From positions 1 to 19,054 of the forward strand of contig JBKAGE010000068.1 of the NCBI GenBank assembly GCA_046290225.1: 19,054 nt of DNA, read 5' to 3'. This stretch comes from Bradymonadia bacterium (GTDB lineage Bacteria > Myxococcota_A > Bradymonadia > UBA7976 > UBA1532). The notes below the pieces were generated by a model, which worked only from the letters and a program-made list of their open reading frames with translations, did not search any database and was not told where the DNA came from. Both the position numbers and the translations under genes were made by a program. Positions 8,261-16,594 of this stretch are shown piece after piece; position 1 is the stretch's first letter, and each line of letters opens with the position of its first letter.

Positions 8261-10854
8261 GGCACCAGTCTCCCTCGACGGCCGCTGATCTCCTCGGCGC
8301 GGAACCGCAGGGGCCGATAACGGCCTTCGATCCAGTCCTCGGTGGGGTAGGCGTTGCTGAAGGGCACGTTGAGTGTGGTTTCGGGTACGCCGTCTTCACC
8401 GAAGCCGTGGACCATGCGATACACGGCCCCGTCACTGGCGACACACAGCTCTCGCAGCTCACCGGCGGACCACAGCGGGCACTGGGCCACGTTCACCGTG
8501 GACTCGGCGCCGTCGGTGGCCACCAGGGTGGTCTCGCCGTCGGCCTGTACGAAGGCTGACCGGTGCACGTCACCCCAGGTGGGCTCTCCTCGGGCCGTAT
8601 ACTCCGTGAGGGCGCGATCCATGGCCGTCATCATGTTGCTGGCCATGCCTTCGTCGATGAGGGCGTCGATGGCGAAGTCATAGGTCAGATGCGTGATCTT
8701 GGCGGCGGTGACCGGAGCGGCGTCGTTCACGGTCTCGTAGAGCACGTTGAGATCGTCGAAGAGGGTGATCCGGGCGAGGTGGGCATACCAGATGCGATAC
8801 AACGCCGCAGGCTGTGAGCTGCGGATCATATGTCGATCCCAGGCTGTGAGAGTGGCGACGGCCTCGGCGATGTCTTCTCGAGCAGCCCACATCGACAGCG
8901 GGCTGCCCTCGTCGGCGCCCTGTACCTCGGCCCACGAGGCCTCGAGATGCACCATGAAGGCCTCGGCGAGCAGGCTGTAGGCGTCGTTCTGGAGCACCTC
9001 GGTCTCGGCCCGGGTGATGGGCGTGTCACCGGCTTCGGCAATGCGGGCCTCGAGCACGCTCTTGAGTCGGCCGGCGCGATACCCTGGGGCGTAGAAGCTG
9101 CCGTAGTAGAAATCGTCGTTGAGCGGATCGTTGTCCGCGGTGTGACCCCACGGATCGTTGTTGGCACTCATGATGTAGTCGGGATCAGCCCCGAGGTGAG
9201 GTAGCCGGCCGGCCTCCGGCTCGGTGTCCAGCCACGCCGCTCGACCGTCATCGGGCCAGTCGAGGGGGAACGAGCGCCACAAGGTGCTGATGTCGCTGGC
9301 CTGCATGATGGTGTTGGCTCGGGGGCGGCCCTCCACCGGGCCGCGATCAGGCACTAGGCCGTGCACGCGATAGCGGATGCCCTCGGCGCTGGCAGCGGTC
9401 CAGTTCTGCATGCCGGTGCTGCCGAGGCTGATGGCCGCTTCGAACTCGTCGAGGGTCTCCGCCCGCATCAGCTGCAAGAACACCCGCAAATCGAGGTTGG
9501 GGGCCTGATAGCCGGGCCAACCCACGATGAGCTCACCATCGGCGAAGACCGACTGGGGCAATGGCAGCATGGCCTCGGGCAGCAACACCCCAACCCCCTC
9601 GACCCACCGCACCTCGAGGGTGCGATCTTCGAGGGCGCCGTCTTCACCCTTCACCTGATAGATCTGCGTCTCCACCAGGACCGGCAGCTGCTGATCGCCG
9701 AAGGTGGCCTGCAGACCGTCATCCGTGTCGGCGACGGCGACGTCCCAGAGATCCATCATGTCGGCGAAGTGGGTGGTGGCCCCCCAAGCGAGGGCGCCGT
9801 TGTGGCCCACCTGAATGCCAGGCACTCCGAAGAAGCCCACCCCGATGACATCGAAACTACCCCCAGCATCGGCGGAGTTCAGGTGCGCCATGTACATGCG
9901 GTTCGGATCGAGCAGCCCGGCATGGGAATCATTGGCGAGGAGCGGACGACCGTTGTCAGTGAACCGGCCATTCACCGCCCAGAGGTTGCTCCCCTCGCCC
10001 ACACCGAGATCTCGCCGCCAGCGCAGCGCGAAGTCGAGCATCACCCGAGCCATCTCGGGATCGACAGGCGCCCCGATCTCGAAGGGGGCGGGGCCCATCT
10101 TTCGCTTGCCGTCGGTGACGCCGCCCACCGCGTCCATGATGTAGGCTTCTGCACCCGGGGCGAACACCGGCACTTCTGCGGCCACGTCGGGGGCGATGCG
10201 GCCAATGACCGAGTTGAGCAGGTCGAATTCGAGGGTGCTGCTGAAGCCGAACTGAATGCGCACGCCGATGGTGAGCAGGTCAGCGGCGGTGAAGGACTCG
10301 GGTGAGTGCCCATACTCCTCGAAGCCCTCAGGCAGGGTCGCCGTACCACCATTCACGCTGTCGACATGACGATTGATGCCTGCGGCGAAGGCCTCAAGCA
10401 GTTCATACTCCTCGGGAAACTGCTCGGCGAGGGCCTCAGCAGAGGCGGCGCCGAGCTCCGGGAACCGGAGAGCCCGGGACTGAATGTCACCGCCCTCGGC
10501 AGACTCACCGAAGATCTCCGCGAGACGGCCACTGGCCCGGCGCTTGTTCACGTCGAGTACCCACAGATGATCTCGAGCCTGCTGGAATCCGGCGGCGTAC
10601 ATGAGATCCAGATCGTTCTGAGCGTAGATGTGGGGCACGTTGTCTTCGTCGTAGACGAACTCCACTGGCGCCTGCAGCTGATAGCCCTCGGGGGCATCGA
10701 CATCAGCATCCGCCTCGACGCCAGCGTCGGCCATCACCGTGGCGTCGGGGATGATGATGGCGGCATCGGGAGGCTGCACCCGGCTGCCGCTGTCCTGGTC
10801 GCACCCGCTGAGGGCGGCGCCGGTGAGCATCAAGGGGATCAACGCGCGGTTCAT
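8257..10854 (-). CDS. Penicillin acylase / AHL acylase family Ntn-hydrolase, predicted lipoprotein
   Basis: Lipobox LSGC after a hydrophobic signal; D..NVPHIYAQND.DL.YAAGF..ARD; SGRLAEIFG; beta-subunit nucleophile G|SNLWAV (Ser codon 9988-9990); LLANDSH; GHNGALAWGAT; SANND; PGYRA.R. The stop overlaps the GFA start (ATGA). Confidence 0.9.
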   Translation of the reverse strand: MNRALIPLMLTGAALSGCDQDSGSRVQPPDAAIIIPDATVMADAGVEADADVDAPEGYQLQAPVEFVYDEDNVPHIYAQNDLDLMYAAGFQQARDHLWVLDVNKRRASGRLAEIFGESAEGGDIQSRALRFPELGAASAEALAEQFPEEYELLEAFAAGINRHVDSVNGGTATLPEGFEEYGHSPESFTAADLLTIGVRIQFGFSSTLEFDLLNSVIGRIAPDVAAEVPVFAPGAEAYIMDAVGGVTDGKRKMGPAPFEIGAPVDPEMARVMLDFALRWRRDLGVGEGSNLWAVNGRFTDNGRPLLANDSHAGLLDPNRMYMAHLNSADAGGSFDVIGVGFFGVPGIQVGHNGALAWGATTHFADMMDLWDVAVADTDDGLQATFGDQQLPVLVETQIYQVKGEDGALEDRTLEVRWVEGVGVLLPEAMLPLPQSVFADGELIVGWPGYQAPNLDLRVFLQLMRAETLDEFEAAISLGSTGMQNWTAASAEGIRYRVHGLVPDRGPVEGRPRANTIMQASDISTLWRSFPLDWPDDGRAAWLDTEPEAGRLPHLGADPDYIMSANNDPWGHTADNDPLNDDFYYGSFYAPGYRAGRLKSVLEARIAEAGDTPITRAETEVLQNDAYSLLAEAFMVHLEASWAEVQGADEGSPLSMWAAREDIAEAVATLTAWDRHMIRSSQPAALYRIWYAHLARITLFDDLNVLYETVNDAAPVTAAKITHLTYDFAIDALIDEGMASNMMTAMDRALTEYTARGEPTWGDVHRSAFVQADGETTLVATDGAESTVNVAQCPLWSAGELRELCVASDGAVYRMVHGFGEDGVPETTLNVPFSNAYPTEDWIEGRYRPLRFRAEEISGRRGRLVP

Positions 10855-10953
10855 GGAAAACCCGTTCGTGAATGTCGTGGTCGGGTAGAGCTATCAGCAC
10901 ATTATCGACCGGGTCAATTGCGCTCGGGGGGGCTTTCTGCCATGTAGGCGCCT

Positions 10954-11454
10954 ATGGAGCCGCTGATCCCCGATGTACTCGATCTGGCCCCCCTGCCCGC
11001 CCTCGAGGGGGGCGATCGCCTCACCGCTCTGGTGGTGGGCCCTGGGGCTCTCTTCGTCGACTGGCATGTCGATCCCCGCAGTCTCGTCCGCCTCAAAGGC
11101 AGCCTCGAGGCCGATGCCGACGGGGCCCACATGGCCCTGAGGGTGCACTTGATCGACCCCGAGCAAACGGGCGTGCCCCGCGCCCGTCAGGTGCTCGATC
11201 AACGGGTCGATGCCCTGAGCGGTCACCAGCACCTGACCTTCACGGCCCACGATCGGCCCGTGCTCGCGGTGGTGTCGGTGGGCCTCGACGACGGCCACGC
11301 CTTCGGACACCTCGTCCGCTCGGCGCCGGTGATGCTGCCTCCGTGTATCTCCCAGGAGCCCCACGAGACGACACCCACCAAGGCAAGCACGGAAGAAAGC
11401 ACGGAAGAGATCATCGACTGGGCGTCAATGGCGCTGGTGCAGGAGATCCCATGA
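10954..11454 (+). CDS. DUF4912-like protein
   Basis: DRLTALVVGPGALFVDWHV...MALRVH resembles the DUF4912 pattern (DR.V....DP..L.AYW...LVLR.Y). It is translationally coupled (ATGA) to the GH57 gene, a usual neighbour of DUF4912. Confidence 0.68.
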   Translation: MEPLIPDVLDLAPLPALEGGDRLTALVVGPGALFVDWHVDPRSLVRLKGSLEADADGAHMALRVHLIDPEQTGVPRARQVLDQRVDALSGHQHLTFTAHDRPVLAVVSVGLDDGHAFGHLVRSAPVMLPPCISQEPHETTPTKASTEESTEEIIDWASMALVQEIP

Positions 11455-13049
11455 GCGCCACCACGGTGTTGATCACCCATCATCATCTGCCAGCCATCTC
11501 TCGTGACCACGTGGGTCAGCGCCCCGAGGGCTGCTGGGTGCTGCAGTATGTGCTCCACACCGCCCTGCCGCTGCTGCAGGTCACTGAAGGGCTCGTGGCC
11601 GACGGGGTGCCCTTCACCTTGGGCGCAGCCTTCACGCCCACCCTGCTCTGGCAGCTCTCAGATCCGAACCTGCCCCAGGCGTTTCGCCCCTGGCTCGCGG
11701 TGCAAAAGGCTGCCCACGAAGCCATACAGGCAGCGTGTGTCGACGCCAGCCTCCAGCCAGCGCTCGATGCCTGGAGCAGGCACCTCGAACGTCTCGGTGC
11801 CCTCTTCGAGAAGCTCGACGGTGACATCCTCGGCGCCTTTGTCGATCTGCACCGTCGTGGCCACCTGGAATTGCTCGTGGTGCCGGCGAGCCATGGCATC
11901 TTGCCGCTGACGGGTCTCGTCCCCCTCCAATTGCAGGCAGGTCTCACGGCCATCGAGCGCACCTTCGGTAGGCGACCCAAAGGCCTCTGGGTGCCCGAGG
12001 GGGCCATCTCACCTCAGCTCACAGTGGAGGCAGCCGCTCTGGGCTTCACCCATGCTCTCGTAGAGCCTGAGGCCCTCGGGGGCGCCCCGACCCTGCGCGA
12101 CACAGCAGGCCAGAGCACCCTGCTGTACATCAGCCGTGATGCAGGCTTTGCTCAAAGCCCAAAGGCCACTGACGCCGCCTACCCTGGCGCCTACGGCCTG
12201 CAAGTTGACGATCCGGCCACCAGGGCACTCCCCAATGGCGTGGCCATGGGCTATGCCCGCCTGCACACAGGTGATCGGCTGGGCGCCCCACTCTGGGCAC
12301 GGGGCGACGGCAGCTTCATCAAACAGCCATATGATCCCGAAGCCGCAGTGGCAGCTGCCCAGGCACACGCAGACAGCTGGGCCCGACACCAGTCAGAACA
12401 ACACCGTGTCGGCGCCATAGACGCCACCGCCATCACCGACCGCTGGCTCGAAGGCCCTGCCTTCCTCGATCATCTCTATCGGCATGGTGGAGTGGCGTGG
12501 GGCACCCTCGAAGCAGTAGCCGAGCAGAGCACCCCCTTGGCTGATCGCAGCCCTCAGCTCTACAGCCGAGGACCTCAGGGCGATTTGCAGTGGTGGTGTG
12601 ATACGGCCCACCACTGGCTGACCCCTCGAGTACAGGGCCTCGCCCGACGCCTGTCGGCGCTCACTGGGACCATCAAGAGCAACCAGGGCAAAGCCGCCCT
12701 CGCCCAAGGGGCTCGCGCCTGGCTGCTCGCCGCCGCCAGCGACTGGCCTGCCCTGATGAGCGCCGAGCGATGGGTCGACGTCGCCCTCTCCAATGTGCGG
12801 GCTCATCTGCACGCCTGTGCGCGTATTTGCGAGATGCTCGAGGGCAGTGACGGCCTGTTCGAAGAGGTCGATCGCACATGGCTCACGATGTACAGCGCCC
12901 AATGGTCGCTGTGGCCCGACCTCGATCTCGAAGTCATCACACCACAGACGCCGGCCTCTCTGGAGCCAGCACCTCAGGCGCCCCCTGGCCCCATGGCCCA
13001 CGCCGAGGACGACCATCCTCTACGTCTGAAGCCCGGTGAGTTCGTCTGA
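11451..13049 (+). CDS. GH57 family 1,4-alpha-glucan branching enzyme-like protein (DUF1957 C-terminus), divergent
   Basis: Start is ATG 11451 with an AGGAG RBS. Motifs: HHHLP (HxHLP), FTPTLLWQLSDP, SHGILPL, FGRRPKGLWVPEG (nucleophile Glu, 11997-11999), YDPEAA, AIDA...WLEGPAFL (acid/base Asp, 12420-12422), LLAAASDW. Confidence 0.85.
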   Translation: MSATTVLITHHHLPAISRDHVGQRPEGCWVLQYVLHTALPLLQVTEGLVADGVPFTLGAAFTPTLLWQLSDPNLPQAFRPWLAVQKAAHEAIQAACVDASLQPALDAWSRHLERLGALFEKLDGDILGAFVDLHRRGHLELLVVPASHGILPLTGLVPLQLQAGLTAIERTFGRRPKGLWVPEGAISPQLTVEAAALGFTHALVEPEALGGAPTLRDTAGQSTLLYISRDAGFAQSPKATDAAYPGAYGLQVDDPATRALPNGVAMGYARLHTGDRLGAPLWARGDGSFIKQPYDPEAAVAAAQAHADSWARHQSEQHRVGAIDATAITDRWLEGPAFLDHLYRHGGVAWGTLEAVAEQSTPLADRSPQLYSRGPQGDLQWWCDTAHHWLTPRVQGLARRLSALTGTIKSNQGKAALAQGARAWLLAAASDWPALMSAERWVDVALSNVRAHLHACARICEMLEGSDGLFEEVDRTWLTMYSAQWSLWPDLDLEVITPQTPASLEPAPQAPPGPMAHAEDDHPLRLKPGEFV

Positions 13050-13055
13050 GCCTGC

Positions 13056-15788
13056 TCAGTTCAGCGGATCACGCGAGCCCATGAGCCGAAAGTCCCGCCA
13101 CCCCTCGATCTCAGCCCTGACCACAGCTCGATAAGCACTGGCCGGCTGCTCGAGTCCACCTGCATCGATGAAGGCCCGCAAGAACGCCAATGCCACCTGC
13201 TCGTCCACAGTGCCCTCGGCGATGAGCAGGGTGCGCGTTCCCACAGCGAAGAAGGCGTCGACGAGCCCTTGAGACTCCATCGACCCTCCACGACGCTCAC
13301 CGCTGTGACATGCCATCACCAGCGCCAGCCGGGGCCCTGCCTCAAGAGAAAGCACATCGGCGAGCTCGAAGAGATCCCCACCCGCGAAGCGCAAGCAGTT
13401 CCCTTGAGCGCCACATGCAGCCTCACCATGACCCACGAAGACGAAGACCTCAGCCGCCGGCAGGGCGTCGAGCAGACGATCGCGGCTCACCTCTTCACCC
13501 ATGAGCAGCAACCCGTCAGACAAGTGTGAGTCAGCCAGCTGCGGCAGCACCTCACCCACATGCCCCAGGTTCTCTTCAGGATCGCCCACGATGACAGGTG
13601 GGTTGTGCTCGTCGCCCACACGTTTCGAGAGAAGGTGCGCGGGGCTCTGTAGATAGCTCAAGGTCACTCGAGCCGCCCATGGGGATCCATCCGGATCCAG
13701 CTCGCGGTGCACAACCTCAGCAGCGAGCGCGCCGCCCGTCGCCACATAGACATGCTCTGCCTCTGCAAAGATCTCGGGCCACTCGGACCACATCGACTCA
13801 GGCGTGGGCAACAGCGCATGATCGACCTCACCCTCGACGATCAGGAAGGTGTGCCAACTGCCCCTGAAGGCGAAAAGCATCACCAGGACCTCACCCTCAT
13901 CAAGGGCCGCGGAGATGCCTGGCAGGGTCAGCTTCTTTGGACTGGCTCTCAGATTGTGACCATCGAGCCAGAACAATAGATCTTCAAAGGCGATGTCCCG
14001 TGCTCGACGGGCTTGAGTGATTTGCACGTCTGTGCTCGGCTCAAGCCCCTGCCCCTGCCGCAGAGCCTCACCATAGACCTCACGGGCACGCTCGAGCGCG
14101 CCCACACGCTGTTGATACTCCGACAAAAACTCTGAGGGCAGATCACGTTGTGGATCGTTGAGAGGCACTGAGCTCATGAGCGTCGACTGAGCGCTGGCCA
14201 GCACAGTCGCCGCGCGGTCGATGTCGCCATGCTCCGTGAGTAGATCGAGATAATCGCCCACCAGATCTCGGTGAGCCGACATGAAACCGCTTCGATCCAC
14301 GCCAGGTGCCGTCCAACGACTGCGCTGTTCGATCTCTTTCATCGCCTCGTCGAACGCCTGCCACCCCTGGCCGTCGAGACCCAGAGCCACGAGAGCCTCT
14401 CCGAGCGCCGCCCGCGCCTGCCACCCGTAGACCGCCGCCTCTTCACTGAGGCGAGCGAGCCGGTCCGCATGGGCAAGATCGACGAGGGCACTGGCATACC
14501 GTCCCTCGGCGATCTTGAGCTTGCCCCATAGCAAATACAGCTCGGAATCATCCACCTCGGGGCACGCCTCAAGCGTGTGCCGCGCCGCATCAAGATCGCC
14601 GAGCCACAAGTAAAGCGACACGAGAACCATGCGCGCTTCTGAGACCCCTCGCTCATCCCCCATGGTGGCGTACTGCCTCGCTGAAGACTCCAGCAATGCC
14701 AACGCCTCCACCACGTCATCCGTGACCTCCCAATGGATCGCGTGCCGTACCAGCATCCACCCGCACATGGTCTTGAACCCTGCCTGAATCGTGGGCCAGC
14801 GTATGGCGCCTGCAGGCGGCGACGCGTCGCCTTGCATATAGGGGCCCATCACCCGGTCGCAGAGGTCCCGAGCAGCAGCAAAATCCCCGATGTATATCAG
14901 CGACTTGAGGACGCCTGACTGGGTGTAGATCCACAGAGCTTCGTGGTTGAGATGGTTCAAGCGCCGTGCGGCCGACTGATGCAAGCGCAACGCCCGCCGC
15001 AGGTACCCTTGCCGGGCAGCGACCCCTCCGGCCATGAGCTCTACAACGGCCCAGCCTGCTTCATCTGCCTTGGGTAGAAGGCGCCCTGCCCATCTGAACA
15101 ACGCCTCCGACTGATCGTATCGATTGGACTCCGAGCTCGCGTGCATGGCGGCGTTCAGCCGCGCGACGGCGAGATGTGTTGATCCTTCAGCCAGAGCAGC
15201 CCTGGCACCGAGCACCCACTCCTCTACAGCACGCTTCGCCTGCTGTTGATACCAGAACACCCGCCCACGCAAACGCCAGCCCCACTGACGCACCCCCAGC
15301 CCATGGGTGCTCGATGTGCTCAGCGCTTTTGCCTGAGCATACGCTTCGTCATAAGCCTTGGATGCGATCAGCGCGTCGATGGCCTTCACCTCGGGCAACG
15401 CTCTCGGATCAGGCCACCACTGCACACGCCAGCTCTGACTGCGGGCTTCACAGCGCACCACCAACTCGCTGGGGCCCAGCTGAGCGGGGGGCTCGAGCAC
15501 GCCCAGAATCAGCCAGCCATCGACCTGGACATCGCTGATTTTCAACACTTCTGGCACTGCACCACTGGCCTTCGACGTCACCGCACAGTGACGCAGCTCT
15601 CCGACCTGCTCGATCCGCCACCTGATGATGGGCAGTGATCGCCCGCTGAAGGCCCATTGATGAGGTGCTGGCCGTGTCGTGACATACCCGTGCAGCTGTG
15701 CAGACAAGGTGGATGGAGACTCACACCCCCACGCCAAAAGCATCAACGTTACCCACACAACACAGTGCTGCGGTGCAACATTCTTCAT
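13056..15788 (-). CDS. TPR-CHAT domain caspase-like (clan CD) protease 1, probable lipoprotein
   Basis: N-terminus MKNVAPQHCVVWVTLMLLAWG|C, then a beta-rich segment, a long TPR-like helical region, and a C-terminal CHAT domain: IVGDPEENL, FVFVGHG (His 13428-13430), LVMACHSG (Cys 13308-13310), GLVDAFFAVG, W..FRLMG. ATG 15788 is preferred over TTG 15794. Confidence 0.88.
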   Translation of the reverse strand: MKNVAPQHCVVWVTLMLLAWGCESPSTLSAQLHGYVTTRPAPHQWAFSGRSLPIIRWRIEQVGELRHCAVTSKASGAVPEVLKISDVQVDGWLILGVLEPPAQLGPSELVVRCEARSQSWRVQWWPDPRALPEVKAIDALIASKAYDEAYAQAKALSTSSTHGLGVRQWGWRLRGRVFWYQQQAKRAVEEWVLGARAALAEGSTHLAVARLNAAMHASSESNRYDQSEALFRWAGRLLPKADEAGWAVVELMAGGVAARQGYLRRALRLHQSAARRLNHLNHEALWIYTQSGVLKSLIYIGDFAAARDLCDRVMGPYMQGDASPPAGAIRWPTIQAGFKTMCGWMLVRHAIHWEVTDDVVEALALLESSARQYATMGDERGVSEARMVLVSLYLWLGDLDAARHTLEACPEVDDSELYLLWGKLKIAEGRYASALVDLAHADRLARLSEEAAVYGWQARAALGEALVALGLDGQGWQAFDEAMKEIEQRSRWTAPGVDRSGFMSAHRDLVGDYLDLLTEHGDIDRAATVLASAQSTLMSSVPLNDPQRDLPSEFLSEYQQRVGALERAREVYGEALRQGQGLEPSTDVQITQARRARDIAFEDLLFWLDGHNLRASPKKLTLPGISAALDEGEVLVMLFAFRGSWHTFLIVEGEVDHALLPTPESMWSEWPEIFAEAEHVYVATGGALAAEVVHRELDPDGSPWAARVTLSYLQSPAHLLSKRVGDEHNPPVIVGDPEENLGHVGEVLPQLADSHLSDGLLLMGEEVSRDRLLDALPAAEVFVFVGHGEAACGAQGNCLRFAGGDLFELADVLSLEAGPRLALVMACHSGERRGGSMESQGLVDAFFAVGTRTLLIAEGTVDEQVALAFLRAFIDAGGLEQPASAYRAVVRAEIEGWRDFRLMGSRDPLN

Positions 15789-15840
15789 GGCCAACCCTGG
15801 ACAATCACTCGATTTAGGGTCATGGTGTGTCCCAGTTGGG

Positions 15841-15859
15841 TGGTCTGCAGAACAGACCA
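15841..15859. promoter_or_regulatory. Perfect 7-bp inverted repeat in the 80-bp CHAT1/ECF divergent intergenic region
   Basis: TGGTCTG-cagaa-CAGACCA, abutting the putative RBS (AGGCGG) of the sigma gene. Function is inferred only. Confidence 0.4.
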
Positions 15860-15868
15860 GGCGGTGCG

Positions 15869-16444
15869 ATGAGCTCTAAAAACTTCGAAGACCAACAGCT
15901 GATCCATGACTGCCTCACCGGCCGTGAGCACTTCGTAGAACTCTATGCCCGCATCAACCCGATGATCATCAGCCAGCTGCGCCGGCTGTGCATCGGGGCG
16001 ACCCCGCTGACCGTCGACGACAGCGCACAAGCCCTGTGGGTGCGCTTGCTCTTGAACGACGGCAGCAACCTCAAAAAATATGACCCGAAACGGGGTGCCT
16101 TGACCACGTTCATGAGCACCACCACGTTCAATTTCTTCCGTGAACTCTCCAAAAAAAACCAAGACCCCATCGTCGATCCGAGTGCCCTGGACGACAAACC
16201 AAGTACGGACATGCCTGTTGATGAGCGACTCGCCTTGAGCAAGGAACTTCAGCGGCTACGCGAGCATCTAGAGAAAACATTGTCGGCCCAACAGCGCGCA
16301 GTGATGGCCATGCACTTTTTCGATGGGCGCTCAGCCTCGGACATCGCTGCGCTGCTCGGAAAAAAGACACAGATAATCTACAACGATATCTACAAGATAC
16401 GAGAGGCGGCCCGCGCTTTCGTCAAAAAAGATGAGGCGCCGTAG
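15869..16444 (+). CDS. ECF-type RNA polymerase sigma-70 factor
   Basis: 191 aa with sigma2 (EDQQLIHDCL...FVELY...VDDSAQALWVRLL...YDPKRGALTTF) and sigma4 (LSAQQRAVMAMHFFDGRSASDIAALLG...IYKIRE). ATG 15869 is preferred over GTG 15827. Confidence 0.9.
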   Translation: MSSKNFEDQQLIHDCLTGREHFVELYARINPMIISQLRRLCIGATPLTVDDSAQALWVRLLLNDGSNLKKYDPKRGALTTFMSTTTFNFFRELSKKNQDPIVDPSALDDKPSTDMPVDERLALSKELQRLREHLEKTLSAQQRAVMAMHFFDGRSASDIAALLGKKTQIIYNDIYKIREAARAFVKKDEAP

Positions 16445-16515
16445 TTAGAAAATGTCGATCGCGACCCTACATACATATAGAGCGGCGGGCCTCAAGACCG
16501 AGTGGAACACACCAC

Positions 16516-16548
16516 CTGTACCCCTTCTTCCCGATTCCGGGGGTACAG
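16516..16548. other. Stem-loop in the sigma/anti-sigma spacer
   Basis: ctgtacccc (16516-16524) and ggggtacag (16540-16548) form a perfect 9-bp stem with a 15-nt loop. There is no U-tract, so it is not called a terminator. Confidence 0.55.
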
Positions 16549-16594
16549 ATTCAGCAGACCAAGGTTGTGGGGGGGTCTGTCGATGAGGGGTGGG

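Noticed and set aside
10872..11450. Arg/Pro/Gly-rich 193-aa N-terminal extension of the GH57 ORF in the ORF track
   Set aside because: It is an off-frame reading of the DUF4912-like gene. GH57 similarity and an AGGAG RBS start at ATG 11451.
13046..13059. CTGAGC-ct-GCTCAG inverted repeat at the GH57/CHAT1 junction (a similar short stem lies at 17403-17419)
   Set aside because: At 13046-13059 it is largely generated by two facing TGA stop codons. Both stems are short with no U-tract, so neither a terminator nor an insertion scar can be supported.
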